A DNA stretch of 64,000 bases from Marinicella sp. GTDB lineage: Bacteria; Pseudomonadota; Gammaproteobacteria; Xanthomonadales; Marinicellaceae. Positions 1 to 8,653 of this stretch are shown in pieces. A program made the translations under genes and the position numbers. Every line of letters begins with the position of its first letter. Positions within the stretch are counted from its first letter, which is position 1. Where the stretch lies: NCBI GenBank assembly GCA_965230295.1, contig OZ246001.1, forward strand, positions 384,001 through 448,000, written 5' to 3'. The notes under the pieces were generated by a model, which searched no databases, was not told where the DNA came from, and saw nothing but the letters and a program-made list of their open reading frames with translations.

Positions 1-657
1 CTCTGTTAATGACACTTGATTCTGTTCGTTCATGAAATCAACCTCGTGCATGATACCAAACAAATGTTGATAAAAACTTTGCATTTTGGCTGCATCCGCA
101 AAGGGCACCTGCGCTTCTTTTGAAACCCCGTTATTCGGTATGCTGGTACCTTCTAGCAGCTGTTTTCTGATTTCATAAGCTGCCACTTGCACAGCGGCAG
201 CCAAGTTGAGTGAAGAGTAAGCAGGGTTGGCGGGGAATTTAACCAAATAGTGACAGCGTTGCATTTCATCATTGGTCATACCATAACGCTCTTTCCCGAA
301 CAGCAAGGCCACCTGCTGAGTAACTGCTGCTTTAACCATCAACTGCACCGCTTCAGCCAAATCAATCACAGGAATGTTCATGCCTCGGTTGCGAGCACTG
401 GTACCAAACACCACAGTACACGGTGCAATGGCTTGATCCAAAGTATCATGAACATGGGCATTGAATAACACGTCGTCAGCACCAGAGGCACGTGCTGTGG
501 CTTCAGCACTGGGGTAATCCGTGGGTTGGATTAAATGCAAGTGTGATAAACCCATGACTTTCATGGCGCGGGCTGCGGCGCCGATGTTACCGGCATGAGA
601 GGTGTTGATCAGGGCGAATCGGATGTTTTCTAATCTATCCACAATGGTGTCAATCAT
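1..657 (-). CDS. trmJ: tRNA/rRNA methyltransferase, TrmJ/SpoU family (3' end runs off the window)
   Basis: Manual translation from ATG at 657: MIDTIVDRLENIRFALINTSHAGNIGAAARAMKVMG, then SPOUT motifs (LLFGKERYGM, YSSLNLAAAVQV); divergent from suhB as in many gammaproteobacteria; absent from the ORF track because it is truncated. Confidence 0.9.
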   Translation of the reverse strand, partial: MIDTIVDRLENIRFALINTSHAGNIGAAARAMKVMGLSHLHLIQPTDYPSAEATARASGADDVLFNAHVHDTLDQAIAPCTVVFGTSARNRGMNIPVIDLAEAVQLMVKAAVTQQVALLFGKERYGMTNDEMQRCHYLVKFPANPAYSSLNLAAAVQVAAYEIRKQLLEGTSIPNNGVSKEAQVPFADAAKMQSFYQHLFGIMHEVDFMNEQNQVSLTE

Positions 658-730
658 GTTAAAGATTTGGTATCATACGCGGTTCGCCAATTAACATCAA
701 TGCACCACAGCAACGGACCCCTATAAGCCC

Positions 731-1519
731 ATGTCACCAGAACAAAACATTGCCAAAAAAGCCGCACTGAAAGCCGCCAATTCCATAGAACAACTGATGT
801 TCAAGAATGAACTGCTTTCGGTCAATAAGAAGCTCAACAATGGTTTTGTGGATCAAGCCATAAAAGTCAGCTTGAATGATATATTTTATACCCTCAAAAG
901 GGCTTATCCAGAAGATGAAATTCAAACCGATGGCGAGACTTTAACTGAGTACACCAATCCAGAACGTGTGTGGTTGATCAATCCATTGATAGGCGTCACT
1001 AATTTTTTACATGACATCCCACATTGCGCCATCAGCATCACCTTTATGGAAAACAACAAAACCAAAGAAGCCTTGGTTTACAACCCCATCACCGATGATG
1101 AATACATGGCAGGTAAAGGCAAAGGTGCTTTTCTGAACCAACGTCGCTTGCGCATCAGTAATCAAAATGAGGCCGAAGAATCGTTCATAGGTACCAACTA
1201 TGCAGATGAGAAGAGTAAACTGGCCGCACAGTCTTTGGCCATGAGGACCATAGGCAAGCAAGTCGCAGATGTTCGTGTCATGGGCTGCCCCGCCTTGGAT
1301 TTGGCTATGGTCGCTGCCGGAAAGTTCAATGCCTATTGGCAAATGGGCATGTCACCATCTGAAATGCTGCCTGGCATATTGTTGGTTGAAGAAGCCGGTG
1401 GACAATGTATGGATTTTGCCGCCAAAAGGGCTTTTACAGACAACCAACAAATGGTGGCAGGTAACCTGAAGGTATCAGCTTGGCTGTCGGCACAGCTGAA
1501 AAATATTTACAGCCAATAA
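731..1519 (+). CDS. suhB: Inositol monophosphatase family protein, SuhB-like, with degenerate catalytic motifs
   Basis: IMPase-fold motifs (TNFLHDIPHCAISI, GKGAFLN, GCPALDLAMVAAGKF, LLVEEAGG); trmJ-suhB synteny. Confidence 0.8.
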   Translation: MSPEQNIAKKAALKAANSIEQLMFKNELLSVNKKLNNGFVDQAIKVSLNDIFYTLKRAYPEDEIQTDGETLTEYTNPERVWLINPLIGVTNFLHDIPHCAISITFMENNKTKEALVYNPITDDEYMAGKGKGAFLNQRRLRISNQNEAEESFIGTNYADEKSKLAAQSLAMRTIGKQVADVRVMGCPALDLAMVAAGKFNAYWQMGMSPSEMLPGILLVEEAGGQCMDFAAKRAFTDNQQMVAGNLKVSAWLSAQLKNIYSQ

Positions 1520-1549
1520 AAAAGGCACTGTTACCATCAACAGTGCCTT
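1518..1549 (-). terminator. Intrinsic terminator between convergent suhB and the DUF4252-like gene
   Basis: 11-bp stem AAGGCACTGTT/AACAGTGCCTT; the A-run on the left gives a U-tract on the minus strand. Confidence 0.7.
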
Positions 1550-1614
1550 ACATTGCGATACAGAACTTCGTTAAACAGCTGACTTAGGTGGTCACCTAAG
1601 AGGCTCAGTTCGAA

Positions 1615-2133
1615 TCACAAATTCAAAGTCAGACCTTTCAAACCGTCAACATCCACATTGAAGTTTTTGGTCAAGTCTTTCAGATTTGCGACATCAATTT
1701 CTCCATCCATGCTGATGAATACGAACTCATCCCCGGCTTCAAAGACCATGATGGATAAATCGCTCAATGTCATGCCATCAACTTTGGCCATGATGTGAAC
1801 ACGCTCATCGCCTTCGACCACTTTAACAATTTCTTCAACACCATTGCGAGCCAAAGCACTGACAGTATCACTCATCCAATCACTGATGTCAGCGGCATCA
1901 ACCGCATCAGTTAACTCATACACTTTGATCGACAAGTCGTTCAATCCGGACAACACCGCTTGTGCTTCTGGGTCATCTGCAGACAGCATTTTGGCCATGC
2001 CTAACATGCCAGGGCCCAAAGTGATTTTCACATTGGCTTCAACGCCCAAGATACTTTCTAGCTCATCAAAATCTCTGGCCCAAGAACTGACTGAGAACAG
2101 ACATAAAATCAAAACCATCATTAACTTTTTCAT
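1615..2133 (-). CDS. Secreted DUF4252-like protein
   Basis: Signal peptide MKKLMMVLILCLFSVSSWA; DUF4252-like pattern (LSIKVYE, VKVVEGDERVHIM, EFVFISMDGEID). Confidence 0.65.
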   Translation of the reverse strand: MKKLMMVLILCLFSVSSWARDFDELESILGVEANVKITLGPGMLGMAKMLSADDPEAQAVLSGLNDLSIKVYELTDAVDAADISDWMSDTVSALARNGVEEIVKVVEGDERVHIMAKVDGMTLSDLSIMVFEAGDEFVFISMDGEIDVANLKDLTKNFNVDVDGLKGLTLNL

Positions 2134-2219
2134 ACATTTACCTCAATTAAAATTTGCTATCCGCCATGGATTTATGTCTATCAAACGAGCTTTGATTGTG
2201 TTTGTTACAAAAAACAGCC

Positions 2220-2227
2220 ACAGAAAT
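2220..2227 (+). repeat. Left target-site duplication ACAGAAAT
   Basis: Identical to 9186-9193; 8 bp is the usual IS1595-family duplication length. Confidence 0.9.
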
Positions 2228-2250
2228 CGCTTAAATTGATCAAATGCACA
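2228..2250 (+). repeat. Left terminal inverted repeat CGCTTAAATTGATCAAATGCACA
   Basis: The reverse complement of 9163-9185 is CGCTTAAATTGAGCATACGCACA (3 mismatches). Confidence 0.9.
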
Positions 2251-2275
2251 AAACCTATTAAAATAATAGCTTAAC

Positions 2276-2303
2276 TTAGCACCTATTTAAAAATAGGTGC
2301 TAA
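2276..2303. repeat. Subterminal palindrome TTAGCACCTATTT-AA-AAATAGGTGCTAA
   Basis: Perfect 13-bp arms with a 2-bp spacer, 25 bp inside the left TIR. Confidence 0.75.
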
Positions 2304-2389
2304 TCAATTACTAATTGATAATATATTCAATAGGCCGTCCAAATTACCCAGTTGCCTCAGAAAACCATCTCCCAATAGACTTATACATA

Positions 2390-2806
2390 TTAAGTGTTCT
2401 GAATTTTATTTTTGATTTTTTCTTTTATTTTGACCAAATCAATAATAAGAATGTAAGAATCTAACTTTTCAAAAATCATAGATGAAAGTTCGTCTTTATC
2501 AAGAATTTCTATAGACTCATCATTAAGAGCAAAATATTGATGTTTTTCATCTAATGATTGCCATTCTATTTTTTTTTCTTTGTACGTTTCGAGATGCTTT
2601 TTGATTTTAGTAATTGACATTCCTGTATTAGTTAATGATTTTAGGCAAACAAGTAACATTAAATCACTATAAGAATATCGTCTTCCAACACCTTTCTTGC
2701 CAGAAGTCAAACTAGCTTCCAAAATTGAATGCCGCTGATAATAATGAAGCATATGGACGCTATGCCCTGAAATTTTTGATGCTCTTTCTGTACTTACTGT
2801 TTCCAT
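2390..2806 (-). CDS. MerR-type helix-turn-helix transcriptional regulator
   Basis: STERASKISGHSVHMLHYYQRHSILEAS...GRRYSYSDL is a MerR HTH pattern; the ATG at 2806 is preferred over the TTG at 2842, which lies inside the promoter palindrome. Confidence 0.75.
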   Translation of the reverse strand: METVSTERASKISGHSVHMLHYYQRHSILEASLTSGKKGVGRRYSYSDLMLLVCLKSLTNTGMSITKIKKHLETYKEKKIEWQSLDEKHQYFALNDESIEILDKDELSSMIFEKLDSYILIIDLVKIKEKIKNKIQNT

Positions 2807-2811
2807 ACTGA

Positions 2812-2851
2812 ATATTATAATTGAGTATTGAGCAATACTCAATTATAATAT
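2812..2851. promoter_or_regulatory. 40-bp palindrome forming overlapping divergent sigma70 promoters, and likely the operator
   Basis: ATATTATAATTGAGTATTG-AG-CAATACTCAATTATAATAT; plus strand TTGAGT(2821-2826)-N17-TATAAT(2844-2849); mirror copy on the minus strand (2842-2837, 2819-2814). Confidence 0.8.
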
Positions 2852-2900
2852 AATTACAAATATGTGGTATAAACCCTATCTAATTTGAACAGGAGATGTA

Positions 2901-4106
2901 ATGTCATCATTCCGTTACATGGGAACAAAGAAATACTTAGCAACGAAAGTAAAGCGTTCTATCGACATTGCTTCTAAGCATGGGCAAATGGCCGATTTGT
3001 TTTCTGGCATGGGGGCTGTTGCTCGAGAATTTTCCTCAGAACGTTCTGTCTTTTTAAATGATGCAATGACATTTCCTACTGTCTGTTCTAAAGCATATTT
3101 TTTAGATAATGACCTGAAAATTAACGATCATTTAATAAAAGAAATTTATTCATTGTTCAGTAGGCACAGGGCTTTGCTAAGGTCAAAGTTTGAAAGGAGA
3201 ATAAAGCAAGAAAAGAAAGCTGTTCTTGGTGGAAGCGAATCTTTGAATGATTGGATGCTCCAGGCTCCACATGTTGGCAATAGCACACATTACAACAATA
3301 TGAAGAATGCTGCTAAACTAGAGTCTGGGCCATTGAATTATCAACTGATAACTTTATATTTTTCAGCTTCATATTTTAGCACTTCTCAAGCAATTGACCT
3401 TGATGCTTTAAGATACGCAATTGAATCCTTGTCTAAGAGGGATGGTAAATCTCCATTAATAGCAGTTTGGTTATCAACTGCAAGTGTTTTGATTAATGCT
3501 CCAGGTCATTCTGCCCAATTCTTAAAACCAAACAACGATTCCTCTTACAATAAAATATGCAGAGGCTTAACGCGAGACGTTTGGGCGACATTTGTTGACT
3601 TGTTGAGCAATTTTTCTCCTTGTGGAAGTCTATCATGGAGAAAAAGTAATAAGGTTTCTAAGAGTGATGTTTTAAAATTACTGGATGTTGGTCTTCCATC
3701 AAACGTATCTGTAGTTTACGCCGACCCACCTTATACTGGAGACCAATATTCAAGATATTATCACGTTTTTGAAACCATGTTGTTATACAACTATCCAACA
3801 TCAAAGGGATGTGGAAGGTATCCTGAAGGTAGGTTTACCTCACCATTTTGTTTAAAAACAAAAGTAGTTGACTCATTTGAACAAATGTTTTGTAGGATTA
3901 TTGACCACTCCGTTCCGCTTGTATTATCCTATCCATCAAACGGATTATTGTCCAAAGTGGGGGTCGATATTATTGAACTAGCAAATGACACCTTTAGGAA
4001 AATTGATAAAGCTGAAAGCCAAATCAATCATTCGACAATGGGAGCTTCCAAAGGAGCTCAAAAAAAATCTGTTAAAGAATATATATTGACATGTTACCCT
4101 GCATAA
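2901..4106 (+). CDS. Adenine-specific DNA methyltransferase (D12/FokI-like, alpha class)
   Basis: RYMGTK, ADLFSGMG (SAM-binding motif I), VVYADPPY (motif IV), YSRYYHVFETM; RBS AGGAGA. Confidence 0.88.
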   Translation: MSSFRYMGTKKYLATKVKRSIDIASKHGQMADLFSGMGAVAREFSSERSVFLNDAMTFPTVCSKAYFLDNDLKINDHLIKEIYSLFSRHRALLRSKFERRIKQEKKAVLGGSESLNDWMLQAPHVGNSTHYNNMKNAAKLESGPLNYQLITLYFSASYFSTSQAIDLDALRYAIESLSKRDGKSPLIAVWLSTASVLINAPGHSAQFLKPNNDSSYNKICRGLTRDVWATFVDLLSNFSPCGSLSWRKSNKVSKSDVLKLLDVGLPSNVSVVYADPPYTGDQYSRYYHVFETMLLYNYPTSKGCGRYPEGRFTSPFCLKTKVVDSFEQMFCRIIDHSVPLVLSYPSNGLLSKVGVDIIELANDTFRKIDKAESQINHSTMGASKGAQKKSVKEYILTCYPA

Positions 4107-4122
4107 ATACAAAGGAGTTCCA

Positions 4123-5043
4123 ATGAGTGATCTTGAAACATTAGAAATTAGCCAAATAGAAAGAGATCCGCATAACCCAAGAATAAACTTCCCTCAAAAT
4201 GAGCTAAATAAATTATCTGAATCAATTGATAAAGCAGGTGTTTTAGTCCCAGTGGTTGTTTATAAATATAAAGATAAGTATCGACTCTTGGACGGAGAAA
4301 GAAGGTGGAAATGTTGCAAAAAACTCGGTTTGACGAAAATACCAGTAATTATTATTGGAGAGCCAACTGAGGAAGATCGATTAACTTGGATGTTTAACAT
4401 TCATCAGGTACGAGAACGTTGGCAAGATATGCCAACAGCATTGGCATTAAAGAAACTGGTAGATGAAACCGGCATTACAGATAAGAAAGAATTAAGCAGG
4501 CTAACTGGATTATCTTCAAAGCTCGTAGATCAATATCTTTATATTGTAGAACTCCCTCAAGATATGCAGGATAGTATTGCAAATAAAGATATGGCAATGA
4601 ACTTTTTCTGGGAGTTGAAACAAGTTTTGGAAAACCTAAAGAAAAAGAGGCCTAATATTTATAATGACTATGAAGCTGACGAGCTCATGAGAAAATTTGT
4701 GGATAAAAGAGCAAGTAACGTCATTACTGATACAGTCTCACTTCGTAACGCCAATTATATTATTCAAAAAGCATCAGAAGATGATCCTGAAAATATCAAA
4801 GAAGGAGAATTGGATGAAGTAATCAGGGACATGATAGATGACGAAAGTAAGTCAGTTAACGATGCATATGAAGAAACTGTTATGGTTGCTGTTGAGCTTG
4901 ACAAACTGTTAACAAAATCTATGTCTGTTGTTAAGGCATTCACAAGATTATTAGGAAAAGCTCAAGAAGAGCAAGAACGCTTAGAAATTAAGAATATTGG
5001 TAATCAGATTATTAAACAACTTGACACAGCATTAGACAATTAA
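4123..5043 (+). CDS. ParB/Srx N-terminal domain protein
   Basis: NPRINF...LSESI...GVLVPVVV...YRLLDGERRWKC (ParB boxes I/II), followed by an HTH-like segment KKELSRLTGLSSKLVDQYL; RBS AAGGAG. Confidence 0.85.
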   Translation: MSDLETLEISQIERDPHNPRINFPQNELNKLSESIDKAGVLVPVVVYKYKDKYRLLDGERRWKCCKKLGLTKIPVIIIGEPTEEDRLTWMFNIHQVRERWQDMPTALALKKLVDETGITDKKELSRLTGLSSKLVDQYLYIVELPQDMQDSIANKDMAMNFFWELKQVLENLKKKRPNIYNDYEADELMRKFVDKRASNVITDTVSLRNANYIIQKASEDDPENIKEGELDEVIRDMIDDESKSVNDAYEETVMVAVELDKLLTKSMSVVKAFTRLLGKAQEEQERLEIKNIGNQIIKQLDTALDN

Positions 5044-5933
5044 TGAGTGAAAGCAATGAGAAATACTTGGATGCTCTGCTTAAATGTAAGTCAGTAAGTT
5101 CATGCGTTATTCCTGATAGCCCGATCATTTTTTCAAATACCGCATGGACTCCCGATGCTATATGCAAAATAAATAATAAGGATACATTGGTATGTATTCA
5201 CTCAGTAGATGATGAAATCCCACATTTTCTAATTAAAAGGTTGCTGGCAACAGAAACATCTGATTATCAAGTATTAATTATTACTGGTTACAAAATTCTA
5301 AGAAATCTTGAACATTTTAAAAAACTTTTAAAAATCAATTCACTGGTATCATTTTATGGCTATCAGTCAGAGCTTATGACTGAACCTGAGAATATTGCAT
5401 TAGCCGTTGCAAAATCAAATATCAAAGTCAAAAGGGAACTACTACTTTATTTACTTGAGTTAAGCCGAAATGCTGAGACAAGTTGGGATAAAGGTAAAAG
5501 GTTTGAGCAATTGTTGTGTCTCTTTTTTTCCCAAATAGAAGATTTTCATATTTTTAGCTCAAACTACAGAACTGAAACGGAAGAAATTGATGTAGTTATT
5601 CAAATACGTGAAAGTTGCTCTACGCGATGTTGGGCGAGATTTGAAGCACCTTATATTTTTATTGAGGCAAAAAATCAAGCGAGCAAAGTTGGCCAGCGTA
5701 TTATTTCGACACTTATAGGAATATTGTCTGTAAAAGGTTTTTCAACAAAACTAGGAATAACTATTTCTATGAATGGATTTACAGCGGATGCAAAAACTCA
5801 AGCACTGAGAAATAGCGATGCGCAAAAAAAAATAATTTTGTTAACAGCTGATGAAATCGACACATGGATTCAAACAGGACGTTCACTAGATGATCAGCTT
5901 GAACAGAGAATTAGCGAAGCATTGATTGATTAA
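5043..5933 (+). CDS. Mrr-like PD-(D/E)XK restriction endonuclease
   Basis: KGKRFEQLL...EEIDVV...IFIEAKNQ...GITISMNGFTADA; start overlaps the ParB stop (TAATG). Confidence 0.8.
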   Translation: MSESNEKYLDALLKCKSVSSCVIPDSPIIFSNTAWTPDAICKINNKDTLVCIHSVDDEIPHFLIKRLLATETSDYQVLIITGYKILRNLEHFKKLLKINSLVSFYGYQSELMTEPENIALAVAKSNIKVKRELLLYLLELSRNAETSWDKGKRFEQLLCLFFSQIEDFHIFSSNYRTETEEIDVVIQIRESCSTRCWARFEAPYIFIEAKNQASKVGQRIISTLIGILSVKGFSTKLGITISMNGFTADAKTQALRNSDAQKKIILLTADEIDTWIQTGRSLDDQLEQRISEALID

Positions 5934-6004
5934 GTCGGGACTACTACAGATTAAGATAGTTACCTATAAAGCAGCTTACGAAATTCAATAGTGCCTTAAT
6001 TAAG

Positions 6005-6928
6005 TTATAGAATATCTAAGAGTTCTGAGTACAAATATTCATCATCTTTACCTTCATAGTATAGCCTTATAAATTTGTTTCTTTTTTTTAAACTTAATCC
6101 CATGAATTTCATATAATGTTTTAGCATCGTTCCCTTATATGGTGGGTGAAACTCCATACAAACACCTTCAATAATAGAAAACACTTTATTCATCTTTAAA
6201 AAATCTTTCTTTATCCTGGTTAGGTCTTTTGTAACTGTTAATTGGCTAAAAGTAACTTTTCTTCGCCAAAAGTTGGTAAATCTTTTTTTGCACATAAAGT
6301 ACAACAACATATACTCCTCACTGAATCCAAAAACACTAAAACAAGCAAAAGAATAATCAAATATCTTTTGTAAAATTAAATCTCTATTGGCAAGGTTGTT
6401 GTCAATTTCTGACTTCATTAATAACAGCATAAATGATGACAACGCTTTTTGAATATCAGTGCCAGTAAATTTATCGATTTGACCTTCTAAATTTTGAGTA
6501 TCTATACTGTAAACATCACCATCTAAGTTCAAAAGGTCAATATACACTTTTAAATCTTTTATATTCCTACCCAAGTCATCGATGTCTGAATCATCCTTAA
6601 CATCAGCTAAAAACCAGTCCCAAATTGGCATATCAAAAATATCTCTGGAACCAGGGAAATAATATTCAGTGTATTTCAATGTTTTTTCGTTTGGGCATGG
6701 CGGATTTGCAGAGTTAACATATTTCTGGTATTTACTCGTTGCGTTGTAAACCTGATTCTTTTCGCTTTTGTTATATGCACGTTTTTTACTTTTTTTTCTT
6801 AGAAATGAGTGCGACTCAAATTTTTCACCATAATTTATAATCGCTCGAATTTGGTTACCATTTCTACAGTTGCCTATCATCATGACAGTAGAAATCCAAA
6901 CTTTTATCTTTAATTGCAATAAATTCAT
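6005..6928 (-). CDS. Hypothetical protein, possibly with an N-terminal HTH-like region
   Basis: 307-aa ORF in the AT-rich element; KYQKYVNSANPP...YFPGSRDIFDMPIW segment. Confidence 0.65.
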   Translation of the reverse strand: MNLLQLKIKVWISTVMMIGNCRNGNQIRAIINYGEKFESHSFLRKKSKKRAYNKSEKNQVYNATSKYQKYVNSANPPCPNEKTLKYTEYYFPGSRDIFDMPIWDWFLADVKDDSDIDDLGRNIKDLKVYIDLLNLDGDVYSIDTQNLEGQIDKFTGTDIQKALSSFMLLLMKSEIDNNLANRDLILQKIFDYSFACFSVFGFSEEYMLLYFMCKKRFTNFWRRKVTFSQLTVTKDLTRIKKDFLKMNKVFSIIEGVCMEFHPPYKGTMLKHYMKFMGLSLKKRNKFIRLYYEGKDDEYLYSELLDIL

Positions 6929-7063
6929 GAAAATATAGTAGCGTATATTTATATGTATTTCAGTTACTTATCTCTATGAAGTATACTTTTAAGAAGTAAA
7001 AGGAACCTTCTAAATCGCGATTATTATCACTAAAATAATATAGATGTATAGGAGTGACTTGAC

Positions 7064-7318
7064 ATGACCAAGAGCGAATTTAGAGACTATATTGAGGAGA
7101 AGTTAATCAGTGAGCACGGCATCCTCATTTCGGGTGAGGCTTTAGCAAAAGTGCTGGGGTTCAATTCGAAGGCTGCATTCAGAAAAGGGGTTGAACGAGG
7201 AACCGTTGAAATTCCTATCATGACATTCAAAAACAGGAGAGGCAAATTTGCTGTTTCTTCAGATGTGGCTGAATGGATTACAAATAACCGGTTTGATTCA
7301 TTGGAGAGTAGCAAATGA
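7064..7318 (+). CDS. Small HTH DNA-binding protein (AlpA/excisionase-like)
   Basis: LISGEALAKVLGFNSKAAFRKGVERG...NRRGKFA; RBS AGGAG. Confidence 0.7.
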   Translation: MTKSEFRDYIEEKLISEHGILISGEALAKVLGFNSKAAFRKGVERGTVEIPIMTFKNRRGKFAVSSDVAEWITNNRFDSLESSK

Positions 7319-7573
7319 ACTAAATCAGCAAGAGAAGAAATGAAAAAACCAAATGGTTGCAGCCATTTGGTTTAATCGGTTGTCATTAATTAACGAATCA
7401 AGACAATAATCCGATTATAGCATTTCCGAACCTCATTTTGTCAAGACAAACAAGCTATTTTGATAGCTTGATAAGCCTTCTTTTGCATTTTAAAAATATG
7501 GCTGCGCGAGGCTAAGCAGTCATCAAATTGGAGAATATCATGTTAATGATCCAAAACTATAATGGAGGAATTT

Positions 7574-8653
7574 ATGCCTCAAAGCTATAGACAATCGAGT
7601 AAGAGAAGAAATATCACCCTTAATGATATTTACAAAATGTCAGAACAAGAAGCAATAAATTTCATTGCAAACATTAGGTGGGGTTCAAAAACAAAGCAAG
7701 TGTGTCCCAATTGTTGGGTTTTCGACAAGCATTATTCTAAGAAGAAAAGAAACCAGTGGGTATGTAAACATTGCAATCATACATTCAGTATTACATCTAG
7801 CACTGTATTCGCTAACAGAAAATGTAGTGTCAAAAAAATATTGAAACTATTATTTATATTTTGCAATTCTGCCAAAGGCACAAGTGCCAATGAATCCACT
7901 GGTTTTCTTGGTTTGAGCCATAAGTCTATTTGGTTATCTAACCATAAGATCAGAGAAGGATTACTTAGATCTAGAGATTTAAGTCAATTGAACGGTATGG
8001 TACATGTTGATGGTGCTTTTTTTGGTGGCAAAAGACGCCATGGACGTATTCGAAATTACAAGATCGCTCACAAGCATTTTGAAGCAAAGATTGCTTCCAA
8101 AGGTAAGAAGAAATTACCTATGAATGCGATTCAGCGTCGAAATGCCTATATTAGACGGAAGAACAGAAGGGTCGTTATGGTATTTCGTGAAGTTGATCCG
8201 ACCAAAGGAATCGGAGCTGTGAAAACTAGAGTAACTGTTGTTCGAAATGAAAGCGAAGATTCAGTCAAGCCACATACTGAGAGGTTTATCCAAGCGGGCA
8301 GTACTGTTTGGACTGATGAGCATAAAGCGTATAATCACTTGTCGAAACAACATAGGCATGAAACAGTTGAACATTCAAAAGAATTTATGACTAAAGATGG
8401 GGTTCACAACAATCATGCTGAGTCGTTTTTCTCGAGGCTAAGAAGATCTGAGTATGGTGTATTCCATGGCATGAGGCCTCAGTACATGATTGATTACGCC
8501 AATGAAATGTCATGGCGGGAAGATATGCGTAGAAAATCTCTGCTAGAACAATTATCAGATTTAATTGTTAGAGTGTTTTCGGTTGGTGAATCAATCTGGT
8601 GGTGCGGTTATCACCAGGGACATCGACGCAATGATGAATTGTTAAACTTTTAA
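7574..8653 (+). CDS. IS1595-family DDE transposase
   Basis: Zn ribbon CPNC...CKHC, HTH, catalytic VHVDGAFFGG / VWTDEHKAY / HNNHAESFFSRLRR; RBS GGAGG favours ATG 7574 (track start 7562). Confidence 0.93.
   Translation: MPQSYRQSSKRRNITLNDIYKMSEQEAINFIANIRWGSKTKQVCPNCWVFDKHYSKKKRNQWVCKHCNHTFSITSSTVFANRKCSVKKILKLLFIFCNSAKGTSANESTGFLGLSHKSIWLSNHKIREGLLRSRDLSQLNGMVHVDGAFFGGKRRHGRIRNYKIAHKHFEAKIASKGKKKLPMNAIQRRNAYIRRKNRRVVMVFREVDPTKGIGAVKTRVTVVRNESEDSVKPHTERFIQAGSTVWTDEHKAYNHLSKQHRHETVEHSKEFMTKDGVHNNHAESFFSRLRRSEYGVFHGMRPQYMIDYANEMSWREDMRRKSLLEQLSDLIVRVFSVGESIWWCGYHQGHRRNDELLNF

Noticed and set aside
1583-1600. Palindrome CTTAGGTG-GT-CACCTAAG sharing CACCTA with the 2276 palindrome
   Set aside because: Outside the TSD-defined element, opposite arm orientation and only 6 bp shared; likely a 3' UTR hairpin or coincidence
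2807-2842. Track start of the MerR-like ORF at TTG 2842
   Set aside because: That TTG is the -35 box of the palindromic promoter; HTH similarity begins at ATG 2806
4123-5043. ParB as evidence of a plasmid or prophage partition locus
   Set aside because: No parA, rep, integrase or phage structural genes; the gene is embedded in an MTase-nuclease operon inside a TIR-bounded transposon
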